Shown one piece after another: positions 1-7,935 of a DNA stretch of 64,000 nucleotides (within the stretch, counting starts at the first letter, position 1; each line of letters begins with the position of its first letter). The translations under genes were made by a program, and so were the position numbers. Location: the sequence record MK327933.1. One strand, 5' to 3'. The notes beneath the pieces are model-generated. The model was not told the DNA's origin. It worked only from the letters and a program-made list of their open reading frames with translations, and made no database searches. The DNA comes from Escherichia phage vB_EcoM_G2285.

Positions 1-280
1 AAAGAACAATAACTGTTCCACCATCATACAGCCAATTAACAGCAAAATTAGTTACTGCGGTCGATTTACCTGATTGTCTGCCACCGTCTAAACGAAGTGT
101 ACAGTACTGCTTGAGTACGTCTTCAAATGGTGGGACATAACCGTTCTTACAAATTTCTTCTACTCTAGCATCAGAATGGTGTGTAAAAGCATTCATCAGG
201 GATAGATAAGGTCCAGTTAAAAATGTTCTCATTTTGTTCTCTCTAAATTTGGGCCATTCCGTGGCGCATGAATTGTCCAT
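1..280 (-). CDS. partial CDS (N-terminal part, runs off window start), P-loop NTPase-like
   Basis: Minus-strand reading frame open from ATG at 280..278 (second in-frame ATG 232..230) to position 1; translation MDNSCATEWPKFRENKMRTFLTGPY...RLDGGRQSGKSTAV contains a Walker A-like GKST; absent from ORF track because no stop lies inside the window. Confidence 0.45.
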   Translation of the reverse strand, partial: MDNSCATEWPKFRENKMRTFLTGPYLSLMNAFTHHSDARVEEICKNGYVPPFEDVLKQYCTLRLDGGRQSGKSTAVTNFAVNWLYDGGTVIVL

Positions 281-409
281 TTCTGTATTTACCCATTACC
301 GCACTTGGGCTCGACCTTATTACAGGTTGGCGGGAATCCCTCACAGAATCATGAGGTCCAGCTTGTTCCCATGTTATTTGAATGTAAATAGGCCTAAGTA
401 TAGGCCTTA

Positions 410-988
410 TTAATTACCACGGGCTGCATTAGCAACGGCGTAAGCGTACTGAACATTAGCGTCCTTAAACGTACCTTTAGAGGTATCTATTTCTGCCTTA
501 AAGCCGCCTTTAGCCATAACATCTGCAAATTCTTTACGGAAAGCCATTGCATCAAGACCTTTCCATGTTGATTTATGCTTGGCAAATTCAAGACCGGCGT
601 AGTTGACAGCCTTAGCTAATTTATTATCAATAACCCATTTACCTGCTTTAGGCACAAACTTCGGGCCTTTTTGTTTAGAGAACAGTTTTAAATTCCAGCG
701 ACGAAGGTCACTGTCGGCTTTAACAAAAGCTGCATCTAAGTTACTAGCAACAACATCTTCAATATGAGCAAATTTAAGTCCGTCAACTTCAATATTTAGA
801 TCGTTACGCCAGCGAAGTCCTTCCCAAGCGAAGGCTTTAAAATCAGAAGCCTTTGTAGCTAAGTACCGTTCAATAGGAGCAGTTTTAGGGTCAAAGCCGT
901 TTCCGCCACGATAAGTCCACTCGTCCTTATTAATGCCTTGAGCTTTTCCTGCAAAGGCCTCGGCGATAAATTCTTTATATGTTTTCAT
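410..988 (-). CDS. ipIII: internal protein with N-terminal capsid targeting sequence (IPIII-like, 192 aa)
   Basis: ORF track; starts MKTYKEFIAEA (T4 CTS consensus cleaved by gp21 protease); size close to T4 IPIII; SD AAGGAAAC upstream of ATG 988. Confidence 0.65.
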   Translation of the reverse strand: MKTYKEFIAEAFAGKAQGINKDEWTYRGGNGFDPKTAPIERYLATKASDFKAFAWEGLRWRNDLNIEVDGLKFAHIEDVVASNLDAAFVKADSDLRRWNLKLFSKQKGPKFVPKAGKWVIDNKLAKAVNYAGLEFAKHKSTWKGLDAMAFRKEFADVMAKGGFKAEIDTSKGTFKDANVQYAYAVANAARGN

Positions 989-1019
989 TTTTTGTTTCCT
1001 TGTTTGTTTTGATAGAGTA

Positions 1020-1049
1020 ATTATACCATATTAATACTTAAGCGTAAAC
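1020..1049 (-). promoter_or_regulatory. T4 early-type promoter (GTTTAC -35, 18-nt spacer, TATAAT -10) upstream of ipIII-like gene
   Basis: Minus strand reads GTTTACgcttaagtattaatatggTATAAT; plus-strand gtaaac at 1044..1049 and attata at 1020..1025. Confidence 0.5.
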
Positions 1050-1052
1050 AAT

Positions 1053-1313
1053 TTAAGCTTTACCGCCAGAAATAATTCCGAAGTTGTTAAAATCGTATCC
1101 AATATCGTCAACATCTACTTTAGGACTTGCTACAACATAAGCAATTTCACTACGTTTTGCATAGGTGTTGATTTCTTTACCATCGCCACCTAAGAAAGAA
1201 TACCCATTACGCTTTAATGAGCCAAAGTCTTCCGCATCACCAATGAAAGCTTTAACTTTAAATTTGGGGTCTTTGACATCTGCTTCAATGATAAATTCTT
1301 GATACATTTTCAT
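1053..1313 (-). CDS. ipII: internal protein with capsid targeting sequence (IPII-like, 86 aa)
   Basis: ORF track; N-terminus MKMYQEFIIEA matches CTS pattern; ATG confirmed at 1313..1311. Confidence 0.55.
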   Translation of the reverse strand: MKMYQEFIIEADVKDPKFKVKAFIGDAEDFGSLKRNGYSFLGGDGKEINTYAKRSEIAYVVASPKVDVDDIGYDFNNFGIISGGKA

Positions 1314-1321
1314 TTTTTTCC

Positions 1322-1735
1322 TTAGTAAATTGATTTACCATAGTATTTGTACCAAGTCGGACGTTGAGCAATTTTTTCATCTAAGCGTGCTTGACTTATC
1401 GCAATGGACGCTTCGGACGGGACGTAATTATTACGAAATTCTACAGGAATGTCGGAAATATCCTGGACAGTCGTGTCCTTGATTTTGAAACCACGTTTCA
1501 AGCATTCAGCGATTAGCTCGATTTGACGTAAACGTAAAAATTCGAGTTTGTCGTAAAAGAATGTTACGTGACCTGTGCCTAAGATAAATGTTGGAGGGAT
1601 TTTAAAATCCTTTACACGTTTACCGTTTTGAACATGTTTACGGACTGAACCAAATACGCGTGGTAATTCACGATACTCAGCCATAAGATGTTGGTCGGTC
1701 AGTTCAGAAACAAGTGTTAAATTGATACGGGTCAT
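1322..1735 (-). CDS. denV: endonuclease V, pyrimidine dimer DNA glycosylase (DenV)
   Basis: Translation [35 protein letters not shown] nearly identical to T4 endonuclease V; ORF track start at 1747 is a TTG extension, ATG at 1735 with SD GGAGGAAA. Confidence 0.9.
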   Translation of the reverse strand: MTRINLTLVSELTDQHLMAEYRELPRVFGSVRKHVQNGKRVKDFKIPPTFILGTGHVTFFYDKLEFLRLRQIELIAECLKRGFKIKDTTVQDISDIPVEFRNNYVPSEASIAISQARLDEKIAQRPTWYKYYGKSIY

Positions 1736-1793
1736 AATTTCCTCCAAGTAGTTGATGAATGTATAGTATCAAAGTCCTTGGAGGAAGTAAACA

Positions 1794-2075
1794 CTATTTT
1801 TCTGAAGCGCCTGAAATATATTTTTCAAGACGTTGTTTCATTAGCGAGCCGTTCTTAGCGATTTCTTCCGGTTTATCGCACATACGCAACAAGGCTTCAA
1901 GCTTAGCGATATTGCTGGTACGTTCAAATTTGCGAGTATCTATCTTACTAGCAAGTTCAGAAATACGTGCTAATAGACTTTCGGCTTCAACCAAAGCTGC
2001 ACCTAGCTTAGTTGCAAATGTGTCAGTAGCTTCGTTAAGAATAGATTCTGATAAAAATTCACTATATGTTTTCAT
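1794..2075 (-). CDS. internal-protein-like protein with CTS ([10 protein letters not shown]), wedged between denV and e
   Basis: ORF track (1794..2090, TTG extension); in-frame ATG at 2075 gives N-terminus [10 protein letters not shown]; ATG overlaps stop of gene e (ATGA). Confidence 0.6.
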   Translation of the reverse strand: MKTYSEFLSESILNEATDTFATKLGAALVEAESLLARISELASKIDTRKFERTSNIAKLEALLRMCDKPEEIAKNGSLMKQRLEKYISGASEK

Positions 2076-2560
2076 ATATACGCTTTCCAAGTTCCTGTTT
2101 TAAATGTTGAGATTACGCGTTTCGCGCGATTAGGTGTCTGACGATACCATTTAGATTGGGCTAGATTTACTGCCGCTTCATCCCAACGTTTCTGTTGAAG
2201 AATACGAAGAGAATTAGTAAAACCGGCGACGCCTGCTACACCCATTTGGAAGACCATATTGACCAATGCACATCGACGAACTGCATCTAAAGAATCGTAT
2301 ACCGGTTTAAGTTTAGCATTACCCAAGATTCCGCGAACGGCTTTATCAACGTCTTCATTAAATAGCTTTTCAGCCTCATCAAGGGTAATTGTACCGTTGC
2401 ATTTACGTCCGATCATTCTGTCAAGTTCAGCTTTAGCTACGGCTAAAGACGGGTTCTTTGTTACTAAATGGCCTATGCCAATCGTCCAAAAGCCTTCAGT
2501 GTCTTTGTATAAAGTCGGTCTAAGACCTTCGTCATTACGAAGCATTTCAAATATATTCAT
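2072..2560 (-). CDS. e: endolysin (T4 lysozyme, gene e)
   Basis: Translation [49 protein letters not shown] is clearly T4 lysozyme; ATG at 2560. Confidence 0.95.
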   Translation of the reverse strand: MNIFEMLRNDEGLRPTLYKDTEGFWTIGIGHLVTKNPSLAVAKAELDRMIGRKCNGTITLDEAEKLFNEDVDKAVRGILGNAKLKPVYDSLDAVRRCALVNMVFQMGVAGVAGFTNSLRILQQKRWDEAAVNLAQSKWYRQTPNRAKRVISTFKTGTWKAYI

Positions 2561-2561
2561 A

Positions 2562-2587
2562 ATACCTCCCACGTTTATAGGAGGTAT
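2562..2587 (-). promoter_or_regulatory. hairpin sequestering the SD of gene e with late-promoter-like TATAAACG in the loop
   Basis: Minus strand ATACCTCC-TATAAACGTG-GGAGGTAT then T-ATG; 8-bp perfect stem; the GGAGGT SD sits in the 3' arm. Confidence 0.55.
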
Positions 2588-2594
2588 TTATTAC

Positions 2595-3053
2595 TTATAG
2601 GAGGGTAGTGAGCACCTTATATAATGATTTGCCCATTACATATTCCCATTGAGAAGGTTTAATTAAAGCGAATGCATCAAATTCAGGAATCTGTCGTCCG
2701 TCTGGGAATGTATGATAGGAATTACAAACACTGTTTCTGAATTGCTCGTGCTCTACAGGGATGGTATATAAGAACAGATGAATATTCTTATTGTCTGAGT
2801 AATGATGTTCACCTAGGTCTTTCAGGAAGGCAGGGTCATACTGTGTAAACCCAGTTTCTTCTTCGCATTCACGAATAGCGGCTTCAATAGGAGATTCGCC
2901 AGGTTCGACACGGCCTTTAGGAATATCCCACCGATGAGCTAATGCACCTTTAGGACGAGAACCAGTTACACGGCCCATGAATAATTCTTTATCTTCGGTA
3001 AGGAAAATAATACCGGCTGATAGTTCTTTCACTTTATTTTTCTTACTCATCAT
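2595..3053 (-). CDS. nudE: Nudix hydrolase (NudE, e.1)
   Basis: Nudix box GRVEPGESPIEAAIRECEEETGF in translation; position directly after e as in T4. Confidence 0.85.
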   Translation of the reverse strand: MMSKKNKVKELSAGIIFLTEDKELFMGRVTGSRPKGALAHRWDIPKGRVEPGESPIEAAIRECEEETGFTQYDPAFLKDLGEHHYSDNKNIHLFLYTIPVEHEQFRNSVCNSYHTFPDGRQIPEFDAFALIKPSQWEYVMGKSLYKVLTTLL

Positions 3054-3279
3054 CTCGGTTCCATGATTTGGCCATTAATTCGGACATAAATTCTTCAATG
3101 CGCGTTTCTTTAGATGGACTTTCACTATCAGATATTTGGACCATATAATCAGAAATAGGTCGGAACATATCCAAGTCGCTTTCTAAATCTTCTTTGATTT
3201 TCTCTTCTGACGTTCCTGTATCATAGGAATACAGATAAGAATCACATGATTCTGATTTAATGTAAATTGCTATACTCAT
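3043..3279 (-). CDS. hypothetical small acidic protein
   Basis: ORF track 3043..3294; likely real start ATG 3279 (MSIAIY) preceded by AGGAA. Confidence 0.45.
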   Translation of the reverse strand: MSIAIYIKSESCDSYLYSYDTGTSEEKIKEDLESDLDMFRPISDYMVQISDSESPSKETRIEEFMSELMAKSWNRDDE

Positions 3280-3512
3280 CTCAAATTCCTGCATTCGGTA
3301 ATAAAACGTTCAACTTCATTATTTTTGGCCTTTATCTTGTCTTTACGTTCCTGTAAACTACTTTTAACAAGATTAATAATGATGCCTACAGTACCTCCAC
3401 CAATTATACCGCCAATTATACTTACGATAGTAGATGCTAATAAGATAGCAATAATATCTAGTACGGCAAAGGCACTTACTTTAGTACTAAAAAAACCATA
3501 CCGATGGTACAA
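3276..3512 (-). CDS. small membrane protein with glycine-zipper TM segment and C-terminal ...ERFITECRNLR
   Basis: ORF track; hydrophobic IIGGIIGGGTVGII segment; member of the C-terminal motif family. Confidence 0.5.
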   Translation of the reverse strand: MYHRYGFFSTKVSAFAVLDIIAILLASTIVSIIGGIIGGGTVGIIINLVKSSLQERKDKIKAKNNEVERFITECRNLR

Positions 3513-3675
3513 ATATAATCCATCCTGTTATCCATTGGCACTTATTGAAAAACTTTTCAAGCTCAGCTTGAGTTGTTCGTATTACTTCATCGATAGGTTG
3601 ATATCCATTAATGTATCTGTTCACGATAATACCTGCTGGCTGGTCGATTTTAAATTCTTGGCAAATATGTTTCAC
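3487..3675 (-). CDS. hypothetical protein (62 aa)
   Basis: ORF track only; compact minus-strand gene array. Confidence 0.35.
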   Translation of the reverse strand: MKHICQEFKIDQPAGIIVNRYINGYQPIDEVIRTTQAELEKFFNKCQWITGWIIFVPSVWFF

Positions 3676-3746
3676 TAAGTATGATGGACATCCTGTCCAA
3701 TCTACTGAATAGTATGAAATACCTTCGTTGCCATCAACTATTCATA

Positions 3747-4052
3747 TTATTTTCCTCGACATTCTTTAATGAAATTTTCTAGATTGGTAGATTCAATAGC
3801 TTTTTTACGAGCTTCTGCGTGTTCTTCTTCGGTCAATTTACGTTTATAATTGACCCAGACATTATGGTCGAAACTAGTCGTGGCATATAATAACAAAGCT
3901 CCGACGAATAATAAAAACGGTGATAAGAATACAAAACCAGGAACACCATCCATATCGTAAGCCTTTTGTAATACTGCAACAGAAAGGGCTGCGTAAAAAA
4001 GTGATGCAAATATTGTTAAAAGACCAATTCGGTTGGTTTCGCCTAATTTCAT
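3747..4052 (-). CDS. small membrane protein (2 predicted TM) ending ...NLENFIKECRGK
   Basis: ORF track; SD GAGGAG before ATG 4052; hydrophobic segments; C-terminal motif family. Confidence 0.5.
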   Translation of the reverse strand: MKLGETNRIGLLTIFASLFYAALSVAVLQKAYDMDGVPGFVFLSPFLLFVGALLLYATTSFDHNVWVNYKRKLTEEEHAEARKKAIESTNLENFIKECRGK

Positions 4053-4067
4053 AATATTCTCCTCATG

Positions 4068-4112
4068 TTTAATAGGACTACTATAACATAGTCCTATAAT
4101 TGTGTAAACAGT
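4068..4112 (-). promoter_or_regulatory. PeSL-like cassette: early promoter (GTTTAC -35 / TATAGT -10) with inverted repeat ATAGGACTA..TAGTCCTAT
   Basis: Minus strand GTTTACacaattATAGGACTATGTTATAGTAGTCCTAT, followed by the 18-mer CATGAGGAGAATATTATG also found at 8533..8550. Confidence 0.6.
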
Positions 4113-4121
4113 TTTGTGAAG

Positions 4122-5078
4122 TTATTTGAAAGGTTTTACCATATGGAAATTTTGTTTGAAACGTTTGACGTAATCATCATGTCCTAAACTTTGGTACATA
4201 CTTACTACTTTGCGGTAGTTTTCCCAGGCATACTCACGAAACCAGCCAGAGGTGATGCTTGTACAGACTTTTTCTAATGCCATCATGAAACTGGCTTCAG
4301 GGTTAATTTTAAAGTCATTAGGAATTTGAGAACGTTCTAATGCTAGTACACATGATTCTTCGTATACACCGGCCAATTTGACCATTTCCGGTAATGATTC
4401 GAACTTCTCGCGTGAGGTCATGACTTCAGAACCGTCTTTCATATAAAATGTATACGCTGGACGGTCTGTTAGTGCAATGGCTTCGTGAATAGTATCATGG
4501 TCATATGTATAGATGTCATCTTTAAAGAACGCACTTTTAGAAGTGTCAAGAACCGGGTGAGCATAGTTCAAGGTTTCTTTCTGGCGTTTCAGCATAATTT
4601 CAGTAAGTTCATCGTTCAGTGTAACACCTTTACCACGAAGATACTGAATATGGTTCATAGTCTTTAAAAAGAATGGATTATTTTTCTTGAAACGATGAGA
4701 CATCTTAATTGCAAGGCACATCTCAGGAGTTGCCCAGTAAAACCCGTTCAAACGGTCTTTAGTCAAATTTTTCTTGGCGTATTTTAAAAGGTCATAAGAA
4801 GACGTGAAATCTTCAGGAGTGAGTTCACCGACTAATTCACGGACATTAGTAATTGCCGGAACAATATATGCTTCAAAATGAGTTTCGCGTCCGTTATGGA
4901 AGCATTTGAAAACTTGGACATCAGGGTTATCTTGGTGAACATATACACCCATCATTTGATTTTTGAATGCATTCCAAGAACATTGGTCCGCAATAAAGTC
5001 CCAATCGCTATTTTTGATAGCGCTAGAATCAATAAGACCGTGATAGTGAAGTGCACGAGAACCAATAACTAACATCAT
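4122..5078 (-). CDS. hypothetical protein, 318 aa, possible Pol-beta-superfamily nucleotidyltransferase fold
   Basis: Largest ORF of the hyperplastic region; N-terminus LVIGSRALHYHG...SDWDFIAD resembles the hG[GS]...[DE]h[DE]h NTase motif; not verified by search. Confidence 0.55.
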   Translation of the reverse strand: MMLVIGSRALHYHGLIDSSAIKNSDWDFIADQCSWNAFKNQMMGVYVHQDNPDVQVFKCFHNGRETHFEAYIVPAITNVRELVGELTPEDFTSSYDLLKYAKKNLTKDRLNGFYWATPEMCLAIKMSHRFKKNNPFFLKTMNHIQYLRGKGVTLNDELTEIMLKRQKETLNYAHPVLDTSKSAFFKDDIYTYDHDTIHEAIALTDRPAYTFYMKDGSEVMTSREKFESLPEMVKLAGVYEESCVLALERSQIPNDFKINPEASFMMALEKVCTSITSGWFREYAWENYRKVVSMYQSLGHDDYVKRFKQNFHMVKPFK

Positions 5079-5106
5079 AATATTTTCCTCGGATTAATTC
5101 ATTAAC

Positions 5107-5358
5107 TTAAATTTCACGACATGCGATATTATATTCATCCCAGAGGTCATCATATGAAGCCTCTACCAAAGGAACGATTGTACCGTTTATGTCTTCATTA
5201 TAAGGGCAAATTGTACAGTGCGCATCTTCGAATCGGATGCCTTTGTGTTCAGATTTTTTATAACGCATATCGAATATCTTTGCAAACTTTTCACGAGTAA
5301 TGGTTTTACTAACCAATTTGGTTCCGATACTTTCGTAATAAATCATTGTGGACTCCAT
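5107..5358 (-). CDS. hypothetical protein (83 aa)
   Basis: ORF track; preceded by PeSL-like cassette. Confidence 0.45.
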   Translation of the reverse strand: MESTMIYYESIGTKLVSKTITREKFAKIFDMRYKKSEHKGIRFEDAHCTICPYNEDINGTIVPLVEASYDDLWDEYNIACREI

Positions 5359-5363
5359 TTAAT

Positions 5364-5408
5364 TTGATAGGACTACTATAACATAGCCCTATCTTGTTGT
5401 AAACTGTT
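5364..5408 (-). promoter_or_regulatory. PeSL-like early promoter/stem-loop cassette
   Basis: gataggactactataacatagccctat followed by gtaaac (5399..5404); same architecture as 4068..4112. Confidence 0.55.
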
Positions 5409-5606
5409 TTAGCAAGAATAACTAGATGATACCCAGCCTTGAACAGTGATACTATTGTGGGATAATGAGATCGCGTCCTGGAGATTCAGACCTGCGTTAT
5501 CTTCAATCCATAATGTAACTTCTTCGCGTTCTTCTGTTGCAATTTGGAACAGGTTTTCCAGAGCAGCTACTGCCGTACGTACAGCACAATCTAATTCACG
5601 AGACAT
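5409..5606 (-). CDS. hypothetical protein (65 aa), paralog of 5616..5921 (shared C-terminal WVSSSxxC)
   Basis: ORF track; C-terminus ITVQGWVSSSYSC versus ITEGAWVSSSALC in neighbour. Confidence 0.45.
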   Translation of the reverse strand: MSRELDCAVRTAVAALENLFQIATEEREEVTLWIEDNAGLNLQDAISLSHNSITVQGWVSSSYSC

Positions 5607-5615
5607 ATTGTTTCC

Positions 5616-5921
5616 TTAGCACAACGCAGAAGACGAAACCCAAGCACCTTCAGTAATAACGTAACCATTACCTTCACGCTTAACATCGCCACCATTATTT
5701 TCAATTTCATCTTTCATCCACTGGTATACGATTTCACCCTTAGGATAATAAGTACGACCGCTACCATAATCACCTACAGAAAATGATACGGCATATTGGT
5801 CTGCGATCTTTGTTGCTTCTTCTTCGATACGTTCAGCTTGATTCAGAAGTTTATAAATTGCATCTGAAGCGGATTTGGCATCATTAAACTCTGGTACTTT
5901 AATTTCAATAATCTTACTCAT
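5616..5921 (-). CDS. hypothetical protein (101 aa)
   Basis: ORF track; ATG overlaps stop of upstream gene (AAAATGA). Confidence 0.5.
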   Translation of the reverse strand: MSKIIEIKVPEFNDAKSASDAIYKLLNQAERIEEEATKIADQYAVSFSVGDYGSGRTYYPKGEIVYQWMKDEIENNGGDVKREGNGYVITEGAWVSSSALC

Positions 5922-6277
5922 TTTCTACATTCCTTAATAAAGTTTTCGATTGTTTCATTTTCACGTCTAGCTAAGAGTTCATTATAACTAATCATTTGAG
6001 AAGCGTAAACCTTTTTATTTTTCTTGTTATGGTTTATAAAATCGTAGTAAAAATAGACTACAGTACAAAATGATGCGATGGATGCAAAGGCTTGGGTATA
6101 CCGTAAGTCCTGCCATTGGTCTGTGAATCCACCAGTGTTCCCTATAAATCCTAACACAACGCCATCAATAAGAAATCCAACTAATCCAAAGGCAAATCCC
6201 ATGCCAATACTCATAATAAAAATTAGAATGTTCTCACCAAGAGAAGGCCATATGGTTAAGAGTTGAGGCTTTTGCAT
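5918..6277 (-). CDS. small membrane protein ending ...ETIENFIKECRK
   Basis: ORF track; hydrophobic N-terminal half; SD AAGGAA upstream of ATG 6277. Confidence 0.5.
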   Translation of the reverse strand: MQKPQLLTIWPSLGENILIFIMSIGMGFAFGLVGFLIDGVVLGFIGNTGGFTDQWQDLRYTQAFASIASFCTVVYFYYDFINHNKKNKKVYASQMISYNELLARRENETIENFIKECRK

Positions 6278-6651
6278 CTTATTTCCTTAACGAATTCCAT
6301 AGCTTCTTCATATTCATACTTTTTAACAGCCTCGTCATATTGAGCTCTTGCTTTTGCACATTGAATTTTCCATTCGCGTACTCGAGCTCTATAATGACGT
6401 CCTTGGTACCAATATCCCACCCAGTTAATAGGCATTAATAAAAATGGCACAATAAACGACCCGGCTATAATAAGTAAAAACACTGCATCAGACGATATAA
6501 CTTCACTAGAATCTAAAACAGCTCCTATAATCATAAAGATTAAAAATGCTAAAGCTAAAATAGGGCCAAATAGTACTTCATTTGGGATTAATTTACGCTT
6601 GTATTCATACGCCCAGGGCTTAATTGGCATGTACAGGGTTGGCTTTGACAT
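6256..6651 (-). CDS. small membrane protein ending ...EFVKEIRCKSLNS
   Basis: ORF track 6256..6681 starts at TTG; first ATG at 6651 (MSKPTLY); hydrophobic segments. Confidence 0.45.
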   Translation of the reverse strand: MSKPTLYMPIKPWAYEYKRKLIPNEVLFGPILALAFLIFMIIGAVLDSSEVISSDAVFLLIIAGSFIVPFLLMPINWVGYWYQGRHYRARVREWKIQCAKARAQYDEAVKKYEYEEAMEFVKEIRCKSLNS

Positions 6652-7243
6652 ATTCTCTACATTCCATAATAAATTGCTCAAGGATTAAATTGTTAGTGAA
6701 ATTAGGACTAACAACCATGGTTTCATAAAGCGCATCAATAGCACTTAAAGCATCAACTCTTTTAAGCAAAGGCTTGCCTTCATACATAGTTTCAGAATCG
6801 ATGATTAACGTAAAGTAATATTTTTTATTATCGACTAGAACTTCTGTATCGATATAAAACATATTAGACCTCAGAAGCTTATCTCTAAAACCATAATAAT
6901 CTTCAGAGCGTTCGCTGATATATTCCCATTCAGTGTTTAAACAACAAACAGACCATGTAGGAGCAACGAAATCAGTGAATCTAATATCATGGTCTGCAAC
7001 TAGTTTAGCAATAGCTCCGATATCATGAATCATAATACCTGGGGCTAATAAAGATTTTCTGCTATGGCCGGCCGTTTTCTCGGTGGTCTCATAAGAAGAC
7101 GACCAGTACCATTTACGTCCAGTTGCAACATATCGTAATGAATCAACTAAAGACGTAGGTGGATTTACCTTATCTCGGAACTCTTCGAACATTGAGTCAA
7201 TATCATTATTTTGGTTTCGCATGTTAACTCCTTTATTATCCAA
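6620..7243 (-). CDS. hypothetical protein (207 aa) with ...LEQFIMECRE near C-terminus
   Basis: ORF track; SD AAGGAG before ATG 7243. Confidence 0.5.
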   Translation of the reverse strand: MDNKGVNMRNQNNDIDSMFEEFRDKVNPPTSLVDSLRYVATGRKWYWSSSYETTEKTAGHSRKSLLAPGIMIHDIGAIAKLVADHDIRFTDFVAPTWSVCCLNTEWEYISERSEDYYGFRDKLLRSNMFYIDTEVLVDNKKYYFTLIIDSETMYEGKPLLKRVDALSAIDALYETMVVSPNFTNNLILEQFIMECREYVKANPVHAN

Positions 7244-7263
7244 AAGGAGGACCGGAGTCCTCC
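7241..7263 (-). terminator. rho-independent terminator (GGAGGAC-CGGA-GTCCTCC stem plus U-run on minus strand)
   Basis: Minus strand GGAGGACTCCGGTCCTCCTTTTGG directly downstream of stop of 7272..7880. Confidence 0.55.
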
Positions 7264-7271
7264 GTATTATT

Positions 7272-7880
7272 TTATTTCAAAGAGTTAATATATTCTTGTA
7301 CATCAGCAGAAGTGGTTTCGACACCAGCTGGAGTGCCATTGAACGTTTCAACACGAGTCAGAGTGTCTTCGATATCAACCTTAGTCAGTGCAGCGATTTC
7401 AATTACATCATCGGCCGTAGAGATACCAAGGGCATTGGCTGCTCGAGTTTCACGAATGTATTCGAGTTTGATTGCTAGATTCTGACGAGCATCATCAAGT
7501 TCAACCACCTTACGAGCAATTTCAATTCGCATAGCGGCATACCCGTCAGCTTTTGTATTAAGTTGTTCGGCAGTTCGACGATACAGAAGACCAAGCTTAG
7601 CATGCATGGTAACATCTTGTCCTTCAGCCAAGAGCTTACGAATTTCACGTTCCTTAGAAGCGGCTTGCTTGTTCTTTTCATTAACAAGTTCGCGAATACG
7701 TTTTTCTTCATTAATAGATTTAACAGAAGCCGTTTTTAGTTCTTTGATTTGGGTAATCAACTTATCTGCAGCTGCGTTATACTGTTCTTCGACAGTCAGA
7801 TTTTTAGCCATAGCAGTACCCAGTTTAGTGCGGATGAATTCGACAAGTTTCTTCAGTGTGTTCATATTATTACCTTTCAA
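7272..7880 (-). CDS. coiled-coil protein (202 aa), possibly PspA/IM30-like
   Basis: ORF track; Lys/Glu/Ala-rich heptad-like sequence; PspA resemblance is an unverified impression. Confidence 0.5.
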   Translation of the reverse strand: MKGNNMNTLKKLVEFIRTKLGTAMAKNLTVEEQYNAAADKLITQIKELKTASVKSINEEKRIRELVNEKNKQAASKEREIRKLLAEGQDVTMHAKLGLLYRRTAEQLNTKADGYAAMRIEIARKVVELDDARQNLAIKLEYIRETRAANALGISTADDVIEIAALTKVDIEDTLTRVETFNGTPAGVETTSADVQEYINSLK

Positions 7881-7935
7881 TTGGTGGTTTATTATCCAAC
7901 GAGAGCATTATACTCTGCTCTCAAGAGATTGTAAA

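Noticed and set aside
1759-2103. Plus-strand ORFs 1759..2103 and 2259..2600 overlapping denV/ip/e
   Set aside because: They lie antisense to genes with unmistakable T4 homologs (denV, lysozyme e); low-complexity translations; treated as shadow ORFs.
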